Below are positions 1 to 9,923 of a stretch of DNA of 64,000 bases, in pieces. The DNA is from a virus. Lineage: Duplodnaviria > Caudoviricetes. Below the pieces are notes generated by a model, which was not told where the DNA came from, ran no database searches, and worked only from the letters and a program-made list of their open reading frames with translations. Location of the stretch: positions 29,019 through 93,018 of the IMG/VR virus record IMGVR_UViG_3300032038_000043, one strand, 5' to 3'. A program made the position numbers and the translations under genes. How positions within the stretch are numbered: position 1 is the first letter of the stretch; each line of letters starts with the position of its first letter.

Positions 1-2
1 CT

Positions 3-2750
3 GAGGTCACTAATCGCAATGCCGCAATTCAAGTTAGCGCCAACGCCATAAATCAGAGCGTTAGTGAGACATACACCACCAAAGAGGAATTCAACGACCT
101 TGAGATTGGTGGGCGAAACTACGTTCTCGACACAAGCGGAGAGCGTTCGTGGGATACCGCAACGGAGACGTATTTCCTGTCTGATGCATTGAACGAACTG
201 TCTACGTCAGACAACGTATGCCTAAACTTCGACATAAAGTCGACTATGGCTCAGTGGGCTGACGCGTACTACGTCTCAGCTCAAAGTGGCGGGTCATCGT
301 ACAACAACGCCAATAATCCGTTCCCAGCCATTCAAATCGCGGAGGCGAACAAGTGGTATCACGTAAGCTGGGAGGGTGGTGCTGGAAAGAACGTCGCAAA
401 TGCGCATTGCCTACGCATTCGTTCCAACAGCTCAGAACACGGCTCAAGTGCGAAAAAAGGCACCGTCACCGTCAAGAACCTAAAGCTAGAGAAAGGCAAT
501 AGACCAACCAGTTGGTCGCCAGCGCCAGAGGACATAGAAGCGCATTTCGTAGCCGTCGAGTCATCCATAACGCAGACGGCAGACAGCATCACGGAATCAG
601 TGTCAAAGAACTACACGACAAAGGAAGAGTCTAAGATAGACCGTTCTGGCTCTGGTACGTCGGCACTCGTAGACGGTGCAGCAAGTGCCACTCTCAAGGG
701 TTTGCATATCCTCGGTGAGTCGGTTCAGGACGGGACGCCGACACCATCTACGCCTGTGGATATTCAGAGTGTGGGTGGCGTGAACCTGCTGCCGCCGACT
801 GTACATAACATGGCGGTAGTTGCGCTTACGACCAGTTACATTTCTTCCAACCCAAGTTGGAGGGGAATGTGGTGCCAGTGCTTGCCGAATACGGACTACG
901 TCGTGACGAGGGAAACCGTGACAGGCAACAGGTTCGCCGTCGTGTCCACGACGGAAGAGCCAGCCAACAACGTTCCATGCACGGTACTCACGACGCTGGC
1001 GGCAAACACGACCGCGAAAACGTTATCGGTGACCACGCCATCTGACGCGAGATACCTGTTCATCTACCTTGCTAACAATGGAGCGACGATAGCGGCTGAT
1101 GACATTGCGGTAGTCCCAGCGGAGCGGTTCGGCTACCCAATCGTCCCATACGGGTGCTTGGGAGTCTCTGTCGCTGGCAGCAACCTGCTCACGTCCACCG
1201 AGGACATGAGCCATAACGTCAATAACGCTGCAAGCAATGGCAGCATCTCCTTCAGCGAAGGCACCGTGACTTGGACGACGACCTCAACGGGGTGGCCGTA
1301 CTTCGTTCTGACGAAGGACGCGATACCGATTGCGACGCTCGAAGAGTCCGACACGCTTACCTTATCGATTGACCTGAGGCATGTCTCTGGAGGCAACAAA
1401 GTATCGCTACAGGTCTGCACTACCAACGCAGACCTAAACCCAAGCACCCGTAGGCGTTACATAAACGATGACGTCGTTATCGCTGGCTCGCGCACCGCGT
1501 ACCCAACCTCAGAATGGGCGCGTTATACGGTCACCGTACCGACCGACATGAGCAAGTGGGACCGACAAGAGAGCGGCATAGAGTGCGCACTTGTTGCGAA
1601 CCTCTACTACAACGATACGGGAACCATCGAAGTCAGGCATCCCCAACTCGAACTCGGCTCAGAGTCAAATGAATACGAGCCATATAGCGGCACGGTAACC
1701 CCCATCCCACTCAACGGCCATGAGCTGCGCAGCCTGCCTGACGGCACGCAGGACGAGCTTACCGTTGATGTCGACGGTCATGTGACCATGACGCAGAGGG
1801 TTGGTGTCGTGGACCTCGGGACGCTCGGCTGGGCGAGCCTTTCATCGCCAGAGTCTCACGTGTTCAGGACGATTCCCAGCCTGACCAACATCGCCAAGCC
1901 GCAGAGCAACAACTACGCGGTCAGCGCCATATCCAATGAGTACGTGGCGAAAGCATACGCCCCAATCAGCGCGTCCGATGACGGTCGTTTCGCGCTTAGC
2001 ACCGATGGCAACTGTCTCGTCTTCATCGACCATCGCTTCTCCGATGTCGAGTCGTTCGCCGCCGCAGCAGCAAACGCCGTCATGCAGTACAAGCTCGCCA
2101 CTGAGCAGACCATCGACCTTGGCACCATCGACATGCCGCAGGTTCAGGACAGGGACACAATCGAGGTCATAGCAGCCGTCACGCCGTCAATCGACGCTAC
2201 GTGGTGGGCAGCGGCTGGTCAGGCCGTCGCGGACGCATACGCGAACCTATCCTCCGCAATCGAGGTCAGGGCCGAGTCAATCACCTCCACCGTTGCCAGC
2301 AACTATGCGACAAAAGCTGCTGTCCAGGAAATATCGACGCAGATAGAGCAGACCGCGACTGGCTGGACAGCCAAGTTCAACCAGCTCACGGGTGGTGAAG
2401 ACCTCACGATGACGCTTGCCGAGGCGTTCGAGTCACTTGGCGTTACCAGCGCGAACCTAGAGCAGATTCGCTCGTTCGTCCGAATAACCACGGACTCAAG
2501 CGGTGACCCCCTGCTCTTGATGGGTTCCGCGACGTCGCCAATCATGCTCGCGCTCAGCAACGACTCGCTTGAGTTCAGGCACGGTGCCGACAGGGTCGCG
2601 TACATCGACGTTGACAGCGGGACGAACGAGGGCATGCTGCACATCACCCGCGCCGTGGTGGTCAAGGAGCTTCAGTTCGGTAGCTGGAAGTGGTTCGAGA
2701 GGGAGGGCAATGGCAACATGGCCCTCAAGTGGGTCGGTGAGGAGGAGTAA
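3..2750 (+). CDS. Minor tail / receptor-binding protein with carbohydrate-binding-like modules (5' end truncated by the window)
   Basis: The frame is open from base 3 (EVTNRNAAIQ...LEIGGRNYVLD), upstream of the track start at 189. Repeated GGRN/GGVN/AGSN...(K/Q)LExG modules and coiled TA(D/E)SIT segments are typical of Gram-positive siphophage tail fibres. C-terminus ends WFEREGNGNMALKW. Confidence 0.75.
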   Translation, partial: EVTNRNAAIQVSANAINQSVSETYTTKEEFNDLEIGGRNYVLDTSGERSWDTATETYFLSDALNELSTSDNVCLNFDIKSTMAQWADAYYVSAQSGGSSYNNANNPFPAIQIAEANKWYHVSWEGGAGKNVANAHCLRIRSNSSEHGSSAKKGTVTVKNLKLEKGNRPTSWSPAPEDIEAHFVAVESSITQTADSITESVSKNYTTKEESKIDRSGSGTSALVDGAASATLKGLHILGESVQDGTPTPSTPVDIQSVGGVNLLPPTVHNMAVVALTTSYISSNPSWRGMWCQCLPNTDYVVTRETVTGNRFAVVSTTEEPANNVPCTVLTTLAANTTAKTLSVTTPSDARYLFIYLANNGATIAADDIAVVPAERFGYPIVPYGCLGVSVAGSNLLTSTEDMSHNVNNAASNGSISFSEGTVTWTTTSTGWPYFVLTKDAIPIATLEESDTLTLSIDLRHVSGGNKVSLQVCTTNADLNPSTRRRYINDDVVIAGSRTAYPTSEWARYTVTVPTDMSKWDRQESGIECALVANLYYNDTGTIEVRHPQLELGSESNEYEPYSGTVTPIPLNGHELRSLPDGTQDELTVDVDGHVTMTQRVGVVDLGTLGWASLSSPESHVFRTIPSLTNIAKPQSNNYAVSAISNEYVAKAYAPISASDDGRFALSTDGNCLVFIDHRFSDVESFAAAAANAVMQYKLATEQTIDLGTIDMPQVQDRDTIEVIAAVTPSIDATWWAAAGQAVADAYANLSSAIEVRAESITSTVASNYATKAAVQEISTQIEQTATGWTAKFNQLTGGEDLTMTLAEAFESLGVTSANLEQIRSFVRITTDSSGDPLLLMGSATSPIMLALSNDSLEFRHGADRVAYIDVDSGTNEGMLHITRAVVVKELQFGSWKWFEREGNGNMALKWVGEEE

Positions 2751-4981
2751 TGGCAGAGCTAAGCAAATATGGCCCTTGGGTCGGCGGTGATGACTGGCGC
2801 TCATGGGTAGGACTCACCGTTACATCGAGCACAGCGACTCAGGTGACGTTCAAGGTTCGCGGCTGGATGGACGTTGGCGCTGGCGGCGACTCCGACAACG
2901 CATCGAACATCAAGGGCTGGGTTGGCTACGAGCTCAACGGTAAGCAGACATGGGGTTCCGAGCACAACGTCGGTGACTTCGACCCCAATGGCGGCTGGTA
3001 CTACGACACTGGCAAGTCTTGGACGATAAGCAGGACGAAGTCCGACCAGACCCTATGGGGTGGTGCTTGGGTTCAGGCGTATGCTGGAGTCTACAATGGT
3101 TCCGTGTCAAAGGCTTGGGTGTCCGTAAACATCTCGCCGATAACGCACTACACCGTCTCGTTCAACGCCAACGGCGGCTCAGGAGCGCCGTCAGCCCAGA
3201 CGAAGTGGTACGGCGAGACGCTTGCGCTCAGCTCCACAAAGCCAACCAGAACGGGATACACGTTCAGCGGTTGGAACACCAAGTCTGACGGAAGCGGAAC
3301 TAACTACGCATCTGGCGGTAACTACACAGGCAACGCTGCACTGACGCTTTACGCCAAGTGGACGGCAATTACCTACACGATAACCTACAAGTCGAACTAC
3401 ACTGGCGGCGCGGCAGACCAGACCCAGAGCAAGACATACGGGGTGAACGCGACCATCAAGGCCGCTAACACATTCTCAAGGACGCACTACTCGTTCAAGA
3501 CTTGGAACACAGCGGCAAACGGTTCTGGCAGTACCGTTGCCGCTGGTTCGACTTACTCTACCAATGCGGCCCTGACGCTCTACGCCCAATGGCAGATAAT
3601 CACGTTCCAAGTCACGTACAACGCGAACGGTGGCTCTGGAGCACCAGCCGCCCAGACAAAGAACTCAGGAACGAACATAACCCTGTCAAAGACAGCTCCG
3701 TCCAGAACAGGGTACACGTTCCTTGGTTGGGCCATGTCATCGACGGCAACGGAACCAGCCGCTGCATCGGCCAACTACGGAAACAAGGCCCTCACAGCCG
3801 CGAACATGGCCGCTGGTGTGACATACAGCGGCAACGCAGCTCTCACCCTATACGCCGTCTGGAAGGTGGCCGCACCTACTCTGGACATCGTTAGCGTGTA
3901 CAGAGCCGATGACTCATGGAACCCATCCGACGATGGAAAGAAGGCCATCGTCACCGTCAATGCAGAGAGCAGGACTGGTTCAAACCTCTCGTTCAGCTGC
4001 ACGGTGGGGAACACAACCGTATCATCCCCGTCAGCGACATCGGGGACGATGAGGACGTTCCAGCTCAACCCAAACCTATCGGCAGACCAATCATATGCCG
4101 TGTCGGTCACGACAAGCGACACCAACGGCTCAACGACGAAGACATCCGTAATCCAGACCGCGTGGTACGCAATCGACATCCTCAGAGGCGGTCACGGAAT
4201 AGCCTTCGGCAAGACATCGTCCGTGCCGTACCTCGCAGACTTCGGAATGGCCGTCCGTTCAGACACAGGCATGACCATCGCACATGGTGACACGAGCAAA
4301 AGCGCCACCTTCACATCGACTCGAAGCGACACAAACAAGTCAATTAGTTTTGGCGTTGGCGATGATGGCGTGAACCGAGGCATATGGGACGTTCCGCTAA
4401 ACAAATGGGTTCTCTACGTCGACTCAAGCGGGAACACCAACGTGTCAGGATTGACCACTGGCAGCATACCATCGCTTGCGGCTGACAAGATAAGCAGTGG
4501 CACGTTTGACGCAGCACGTATCCCAAGTCTAGCGGCGAGCAAGATAGGCAGCGGACAACTTGCGGTTGCGAGGGGCGGTACTGGTGCCGCTACCGCTTCG
4601 GCCAACAAGGTCTTCGCAGGCCCGTCATCTGGTAGTGCAGCAGCACCTTCTTTCAGGTCGCTTGAGACCGCAGACCTGCCTACCGTGTCGTTCACATCCC
4701 TAGGCACAACGTCTGGGGAGAAAACAATAAACATAAACTGCTCCGGTTACGCATGGATTCTGGTTCGTGCGTACTACTCGACAACCTACTGGTCGACAAT
4801 CATAGTCCCGACTGGCCAGCTTGACGCAAGCACCTACCGAGACTTCTACCTTGGAGGAGGTTGGTGGTCAAGCGGTTACGGCGCCTCCTTTAAGGCAATC
4901 AAAACCAAGTTCACGCCGTATAAGGGTGTTGTTGGAAGCACCACTCGCGAAATGAACTGGGCGATATGGGGAATCAAGTAA
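2750..4981 (+). CDS. Tail-associated protein with three InlB B-repeat (Listeria-Bacteroides/Flg_new) domains
   Basis: Three repeats of the type YTVSFNANGGSGAP...PTRTGYTFSGW...TLYAxW. TAATG overlap with the upstream gene and a GGAGGAG RBS. Confidence 0.8.
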   Translation: MAELSKYGPWVGGDDWRSWVGLTVTSSTATQVTFKVRGWMDVGAGGDSDNASNIKGWVGYELNGKQTWGSEHNVGDFDPNGGWYYDTGKSWTISRTKSDQTLWGGAWVQAYAGVYNGSVSKAWVSVNISPITHYTVSFNANGGSGAPSAQTKWYGETLALSSTKPTRTGYTFSGWNTKSDGSGTNYASGGNYTGNAALTLYAKWTAITYTITYKSNYTGGAADQTQSKTYGVNATIKAANTFSRTHYSFKTWNTAANGSGSTVAAGSTYSTNAALTLYAQWQIITFQVTYNANGGSGAPAAQTKNSGTNITLSKTAPSRTGYTFLGWAMSSTATEPAAASANYGNKALTAANMAAGVTYSGNAALTLYAVWKVAAPTLDIVSVYRADDSWNPSDDGKKAIVTVNAESRTGSNLSFSCTVGNTTVSSPSATSGTMRTFQLNPNLSADQSYAVSVTTSDTNGSTTKTSVIQTAWYAIDILRGGHGIAFGKTSSVPYLADFGMAVRSDTGMTIAHGDTSKSATFTSTRSDTNKSISFGVGDDGVNRGIWDVPLNKWVLYVDSSGNTNVSGLTTGSIPSLAADKISSGTFDAARIPSLAASKIGSGQLAVARGGTGAATASANKVFAGPSSGSAAAPSFRSLETADLPTVSFTSLGTTSGEKTININCSGYAWILVRAYYSTTYWSTIIVPTGQLDASTYRDFYLGGGWWSSGYGASFKAIKTKFTPYKGVVGSTTREMNWAIWGIK

Positions 4982-4992
4982 AGGAGAAAACC

Positions 4993-5595
4993 ATGCTCAG
5001 GAGAAACGTGTTGATTGACGGCAAGATATACGACACCCATGAGATTGTGCTCATCACGAACAACCTTGCCACAAACGAGACGGTCATAACCGTGGCGAGC
5101 AGCAACGCCGAGGAGAGAATCGAGCGCTCCACGGCACTAGTCCTCATGGACGGACTGACAATCGCGGATGCAGAGGAGGTCGCTTGGTCGCTTGAGAGGT
5201 ACAGCGAGTACGTAGACGAGAGCGAAGAGCTTCTCAATGACGTGCTTGACATCCTCACCGACGAACAGGCAGAGCAGGTTCCGCAGGCGTTCAAGGAGTG
5301 GGAGGTCGGTGCAGCATACAAGGTCGGTGACCGCAGACGTTACGATGGCAAGCTCTATCGTTGTGTTCAAGCCCACACGTCGCAGGAAGGCTGGGAGCCG
5401 CCCAATGTGCCAGCGCTCTGGACTAGGACGGCTCCAGAGGGCGAGATTCCCGACTGGGTTCAGCCCACTGGCGCTCAGGACGCCTACAACACCGGCGACA
5501 AGGTCCGTTTCGATGGCGACGTCTACGAGTCGCTCATGGACGGCAACGTATGGTCTCCGGCAGACTACCCTCAGGGATGGCGTAAGGTCGAGTAG
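4993..5595 (+). CDS. Protein with two chitin-binding (CBM5/12-like) modules
   Basis: WEVGAAYKVGDRRRYDGKLYRCVQAHTS and YNTGDKVRFDGDVYESL...W motifs. AAGGAG RBS before the ATG at 4993. Confidence 0.8.
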   Translation: MLRRNVLIDGKIYDTHEIVLITNNLATNETVITVASSNAEERIERSTALVLMDGLTIADAEEVAWSLERYSEYVDESEELLNDVLDILTDEQAEQVPQAFKEWEVGAAYKVGDRRRYDGKLYRCVQAHTSQEGWEPPNVPALWTRTAPEGEIPDWVQPTGAQDAYNTGDKVRFDGDVYESLMDGNVWSPADYPQGWRKVE

Positions 5596-5645
5596 CGCAA
5601 CGTAAGCAACCATGGCAGGAACGGCCTGCCAGTGAGGAGGGCTAG

Positions 5646-6173
5646 ATGCCCATTGACGTGCAGCCGTTCCTGCAATGGGCGGCACCGATACTGTCAACCA
5701 TCATAGTGACCATCACCACGGCGTCAATCAACGCGAAGATTGCGTCGGGCGAGAAGAAGCGCGACGAGGCCCGTTCCGAGCGCGACGAGGAGCGCAAGCG
5801 CGTCGAGGAGTGGCGCAAGCGCGTCGAGGAGCAGCTGCGCACGCATGGCGAGTTCATCGCCGAGCGCGACGACTGGTTCGAGTGGCGAAAGAGAATCGAG
5901 GACGAGTTCTCTGCGCAGAACAACAAGACAGACGTCATCCTCGAGCTCCAATGCTCGCAGATACGCAGCGACCTCGTCCATCGTGCGCATCGCTATATCG
6001 ACGACCTCGGATGTGCGAGCACGGAGGAGAAGAACGCCTTCTGGGCTCAGTACGAGGATTACCAGCGCGTATGCGCGGCGAACGGAATCGAGAACCACTT
6101 CATCGACGGGCTCGCGAAGCAAGTCATGAACTTGCCGACGCGAGAAATGCGTGCAGAGAACAACGATGACTAG
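5646..6173 (+). CDS. Membrane-anchored coiled-coil protein of the lysis region
   Basis: N-terminal hydrophobic helix followed by a charged coiled coil. GGAGG RBS; located just before the holin. Confidence 0.6.
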   Translation: MPIDVQPFLQWAAPILSTIIVTITTASINAKIASGEKKRDEARSERDEERKRVEEWRKRVEEQLRTHGEFIAERDDWFEWRKRIEDEFSAQNNKTDVILELQCSQIRSDLVHRAHRYIDDLGCASTEEKNAFWAQYEDYQRVCAANGIENHFIDGLAKQVMNLPTREMRAENNDD

Positions 6174-6191
6174 GGCCCTTCGGGGCCTTTC
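6172..6191 (+). terminator. Hairpin (GGGCCC-TTCG-GGGCCT) with short T tract
   Basis: UUCG-capped GC stem immediately after the stop codon. Confidence 0.45.
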
Positions 6192-6228
6192 TATTACCCA
6201 CGGGCTTCGGCCCAGTAAGGAGGCTCTC

Positions 6229-6468
6229 ATGAGCTATCAGGACGACATCAAGGCGTGGGCAATCGCGGCGGGCATGAGGGCCTTCAAGACCTTTTGTCAG
6301 ACCTCGGTGGCCCTCATCGGCACCAACGCCATCGGCGTCACCGACGTGAACTGGGTCGGCGTCGCCTCCGGCGCGGCGCTCGCCGCCATCGTCAGCCTGC
6401 TCACCAGCGCGGCTGGCATCCCCGAGGTGAGCAACGGCGAGAGTGCGTTCACCATCGCCAACCGCTAA
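6229..6468 (+). CDS. Holin, r1t-like
   Basis: RAFKTFCQT...IG...DVNWVGVASGAALAAIVSLLTSAAGIPEV matches the r1t holin pattern. AAGGAGG RBS. Confidence 0.85.
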   Translation: MSYQDDIKAWAIAAGMRAFKTFCQTSVALIGTNAIGVTDVNWVGVASGAALAAIVSLLTSAAGIPEVSNGESAFTIANR

Positions 6469-6492
6469 CCTGCACACACATAAGCATCCGTC

Positions 6493-6518
6493 AGGGGCCC
6501 TTCGGGGCCCCTTTTTTG
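6493..6518 (+). terminator. Rho-independent terminator between holin and endolysin
   Basis: AGGGGCCC-TTCG-GGGCCCCT followed by TTTTT. Confidence 0.7.
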
Positions 6519-6532
6519 TTAAGGAGGACAAC

Positions 6533-7285
6533 ATGGCCACAGGAGCTGACGTCATCCGCATCGCGAAGGCGGAGCTCGGCACGAGCTCTGGCCGCAAGTA
6601 CTGGGACTACATCTTTGGCGGCGGCTACGTCAACGGCAACGCGACCCCATGGTGCGCGTGCTTCGTCTCGTGGTGCCTCAACCAGGCCAACGTGCAGTGC
6701 GCGACTTTCCCTCGCGCCACAGCGATTGACCGCTACGACATCCCCGACTCCGAGATTGTGGAGCCCAAGGACATGAGGCAGGGCGACCCCGTCGGCTTCG
6801 ACTGGGACGGCGACACCACGGGCGACCACATCGGCATCTTCGACGAGTGGTACAACTCCACGCAGTTCTGGGCCGTCGAGGGCAACACCTCTGGCGGCAC
6901 CGTCGCACGTAGGCTCAGGGACATCTCGCAGGTCACATGCGCCGTCAGGCCGAGGTACACCGACTCGGGCGAGTGGCGCGTCAAGGACGGCCGCTGGTGG
7001 TACCGCCACGCGGACGGCTCGTACACCACGGACGGCTGGGAGTTCATCGCGAACGAGTGGTACTTCTTCGACTCGGAGGGATGGCTCAAGTCTGGCTGGC
7101 TCAAGTGGGGCGACGACTGGTACTGGCTGTGGAACAAGCATGACGGCCACTTCGGCGAGATGGCGCACTCCAAGTGCGTCGAGGTCGACGGCAAGTGGTA
7201 CGCATTCGACTCGACGGGTGCCATGCTCACCAGCGTCAAGGTCAACGACCAGCATGACGGCACGTTCGGGTGCCTCGTCCTATGA
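6533..7285 (+). CDS. Endolysin: CHAP domain plus cell-wall (choline-binding-like) repeats
   Basis: PWCACFVSW (catalytic Cys), DHIGI (His) and VEGNT, followed by GRWWY/EWYFFDSEG/DWYWL/KWYAFDSTGAM repeats. AAGGAGG RBS. Confidence 0.9.
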   Translation: MATGADVIRIAKAELGTSSGRKYWDYIFGGGYVNGNATPWCACFVSWCLNQANVQCATFPRATAIDRYDIPDSEIVEPKDMRQGDPVGFDWDGDTTGDHIGIFDEWYNSTQFWAVEGNTSGGTVARRLRDISQVTCAVRPRYTDSGEWRVKDGRWWYRHADGSYTTDGWEFIANEWYFFDSEGWLKSGWLKWGDDWYWLWNKHDGHFGEMAHSKCVEVDGKWYAFDSTGAMLTSVKVNDQHDGTFGCLVL

Positions 7286-7497
7286 GGCTCGAGGTGCAGT
7301 GCCCGCTCTGCGGACACATGATGGAGCCCATGCCCGCGACGGAGTGGAGCCTCTTCGGCCAAGGTGCCGTGGAGATGCTCTGCCCGAACTGCACGTACAC
7401 CGAGGATGTCTACTTCTCGACGAGGAAGGTCGGGCAAAAGGTGTCGCCCGATGGTGGTACAATGAAGTTCCCGACTACCGAGCGTAGCGCGGGTTAA
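7282..7497 (+). CDS. Small zinc-ribbon protein
   Basis: CPLC...CPNC. ATGA overlap with the lysin stop codon. Confidence 0.55.
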   Translation: MRLEVQCPLCGHMMEPMPATEWSLFGQGAVEMLCPNCTYTEDVYFSTRKVGQKVSPDGGTMKFPTTERSAG

Positions 7498-7592
7498 GAG
7501 GACGGGAGTCGCGACCCGCCCTCGGACCTGAAACCCCGAGAGGGGGAGTAGGGGACACTAGGGGCGTCGGGCATATCCTGACGCCTCCTCTC

Positions 7593-7677
7593 GGACATGT
7601 GGCAGAGCGGTAATGCAGCGGATTGCTAATCCGCACACGGCCAACGTCGTGCGTAGGTTCGAGTCCTACCGTGTCCG
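7593..7677 (+). tRNA. tRNA-Ser(GCT)
   Basis: GGACATG/CGTGTCC acceptor stem, GCGGA-TTGCTAA-TCCGC anticodon arm, long variable arm, GGTTCGAGTCC T loop, G73; no encoded CCA. Confidence 0.9.
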
Positions 7678-7682
7678 CCTAT

Positions 7683-7771
7683 GGAAGGCACCCGCAGACG
7701 GCGTGCGGAACTGTCTTGAAAACAGCAGGTCGCAGAGATGCGGCCCGGGGGTTCGACTCCCTCGCCTTCCG
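7683..7771 (+). tRNA. tRNA-Ser(TGA) with atypical D arm
   Basis: GGAAGGC/GCCTTCC acceptor stem, CTGT-CTTGAAA-ACAG anticodon arm, long variable arm, GGTTCGACTCC T loop, G73. Confidence 0.85.
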
Positions 7772-7833
7772 CCTCATAGAGCATGCTTGCCGACAACGCG
7801 CCGCCTGCGGCGCTTCCAACGTGGATAGGCAAC

Positions 7834-7878
7834 AAAAAAGGCCCCCTACCCGGGATTGTCCGGGTAGGGGGCCTTTTT
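7834..7878. terminator. Bidirectional rho-independent terminator at the convergence of the two genome arms
   Basis: AAAAAAGGCCCCCTACCCGG-gattgt-CCGGGTAGGGGGCCTTTTT. Confidence 0.9.
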
Positions 7879-7902
7879 GTGTCTCGACGCAAGCTTGTGG
7901 CA

Positions 7903-8358
7903 TCACTTCATGCCAGGCACCTTCTCGTTGGGCATGATTCGTCTCCCGCACACTGGACAGTAGTTCACTGGCATCGAGAACCCGAACACGTAGCTCTCGG
8001 TCATCTCGACCCTGAACTCGATGAATGGCTCGATGGGCGCGTGCACCATCCTGACCTTCACCCGCTCGTCCCAAGTCTCCGTCAAGTCGCCGAACCCTGC
8101 CCGGCCCGCCCTCATGCAGAAGTCGCAGCCGACCTCCCTGCCAGTGTCCGAGTCGCAGACGTCGAAGCCGCCAGCCCTCAGGTGGGGGCGGATTCCAAGC
8201 AGTATGTTGTGCTTGTCATCGGGGCTCGACTTGCAGAACCTCTTCGCGAACCACGTCCCGACGCCTTGGACGAACTCGGCAAGCCTGTCACGCGAGTCGG
8301 CGTCGGAGCCGAGCGCGTCAAGCACGTCGTGCGTGTCGAACATGAGTGGCATTCCCAT
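7903..8358 (-). CDS. Hypothetical protein with C-terminal zinc finger
   Basis: CDFC...NYCPVCGR; GAGGAGG RBS. Confidence 0.6.
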   Translation of the reverse strand: MGMPLMFDTHDVLDALGSDADSRDRLAEFVQGVGTWFAKRFCKSSPDDKHNILLGIRPHLRAGGFDVCDSDTGREVGCDFCMRAGRAGFGDLTETWDERVKVRMVHAPIEPFIEFRVEMTESYVFGFSMPVNYCPVCGRRIMPNEKVPGMK

Positions 8359-9189
8359 ACATCCTCCTCAGTACCATGCCTACTCGAAGTCGCTCCACTT
8401 CATGTCAAACGTGTCAATGAGCCATCGCTTGAGCATCTTGCTCGCCGTGACCGCGAACGCAAAGAGCGTCGAGCCTATGAGGTATACCAGCGGCACGAGT
8501 GTCACGACGAACAGGGCGACGGCGGCCATGATGCCAGCGACGGTGGCGAGTGACGGCTCCATCATGCCTCCAAGAGCCCTATGAGCCTGTCGCGTATGGC
8601 GATGGCCAGCTTCTCATGCGGCTCGTCTCCGGGGAGCTCGTTGTACAGCTTCATGTAGAGCATGTACAGGTGGTCCTCTGCCGACTCCCTGACAATCTCG
8701 TCGTCGTCCCAGTTCTTGAGAGCCCATGCTGCCCTGTGCCTGTCGTCGCCAGCCGCGTCGTACGTCGGAAGGTCGGGCGGGAGCGCGTCACGCGCCTCCC
8801 TCACCTCGGCGTCGTGGGCCTCCCTCAGCTTTATGAGCATGCCGTGCAGGGCGGACTTGCCCTCCGTGTCCCAAATCCTCCATGCGTAGCCGTGCGCACG
8901 CTCATATGCCTCGTTAAAAGTCATCTCTTCCTCCTATCCAGCCTGTTTATCACAAGGGCCTTCAGGAACCGCTCCCTGGACCCAGGGCCCATCCTCAGGT
9001 CAATCCACGGGCACTCCCTCACGCAGAGGGACCTGAGTTGCTGCGTCGACAGCGGCTCCAACCTCTCGTGCATCTCCTCCATGGGTGACAGCTTGCGGGT
9101 CCTTTGCTTGCATGGCTTCCTCGTGTCGGGGACCATGTCCTCGACGAGCCTGTTGTAGAGCCTTACCGGCCTGTCTGTGTGGTGTGGCA

Positions 9190-9513
9190 TTACTTGCCCC
9201 TTGAGTTCCAGACCTTGGCGGCTTTCTCCTCGCCCTCAATCGCCCCCACGTCCATGTGGCAGTGGTTGCACCTAATCGTGTAGTACCGCTTTCCGTCCCA
9301 TATGCTGGTGAACACCTCGGGCTTGTTGTCGCACAGGGGGCAGCGCTTGAGCCTGAGCTTCCTTCCCTTGAACACGCGCTTGAGCTCCTTCTTCGAGGAG
9401 AAGTGCCCAGCGTCCATCGTGCAATGGGTGCAGTAGGCGCTCCAGCCACCGTCCTCGTGCTCCTTGCGTATCTCCAGCTTCCTCTTGCAGAATGGGCATC
9501 TCGGTCTTCCCAT
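9190..9513 (-). CDS. Lar-like (restriction alleviation) tandem zinc-finger protein
   Basis: Two CPxC...CxxC units ending KAAKVWNSR, the Lar-family pattern. Confidence 0.6.
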   Translation of the reverse strand: MGRPRCPFCKRKLEIRKEHEDGGWSAYCTHCTMDAGHFSSKKELKRVFKGRKLRLKRCPLCDNKPEVFTSIWDGKRYYTIRCNHCHMDVGAIEGEEKAAKVWNSRGK

Positions 9514-9923
9514 CCCTCTCCCTTCTCAAGTTGTCCCTGACGCAGAGCCTCGTGCGCAGTCTCCGCGTCAGTGATTGGCCATGCGGGACCGCGTCGGCAA
9601 ATGTGTCCCAACAACAGTGCCAGAACGCGTCCAGCAGCCTGTGCCTGGCCATCGCTAGTCCCCCAGAAGGTTGTACCTGACGCGGCCGGTCGGCACACGC
9701 GCGTACATGTCGTGACCGCCCACGTACCTCTCCTCGGTCATGACCACCCTGCGCAAGACGGTGACCTTCTTGAGGCACTCGTTGCAGAGGTCGACCTCGA
9801 CCCTCTCGTACCTCGTGCGTTCCAAGTTGTGGTCCTCCGACGAGAGCGTCGGCAGCTCGTACCTGCAGTCGTCCTCGCAGCCATGGCTCACCCTGAACTC
9901 GCGGCCACAGAGGTCGCACCGTA

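Noticed and set aside
7683-7771. Selenocysteine or suppressor tRNA; stop-codon reassignment
   Set aside because: Anticodon TGA reads TCA (Ser), the fold is 7/5, and genes end normally in TAA, TAG and TGA.
7772-7833. Theta/HDV-like ribozyme in the tRNA trailer
   Set aside because: I could not build the nested double pseudoknot by eye; only a short hairpin is evident.
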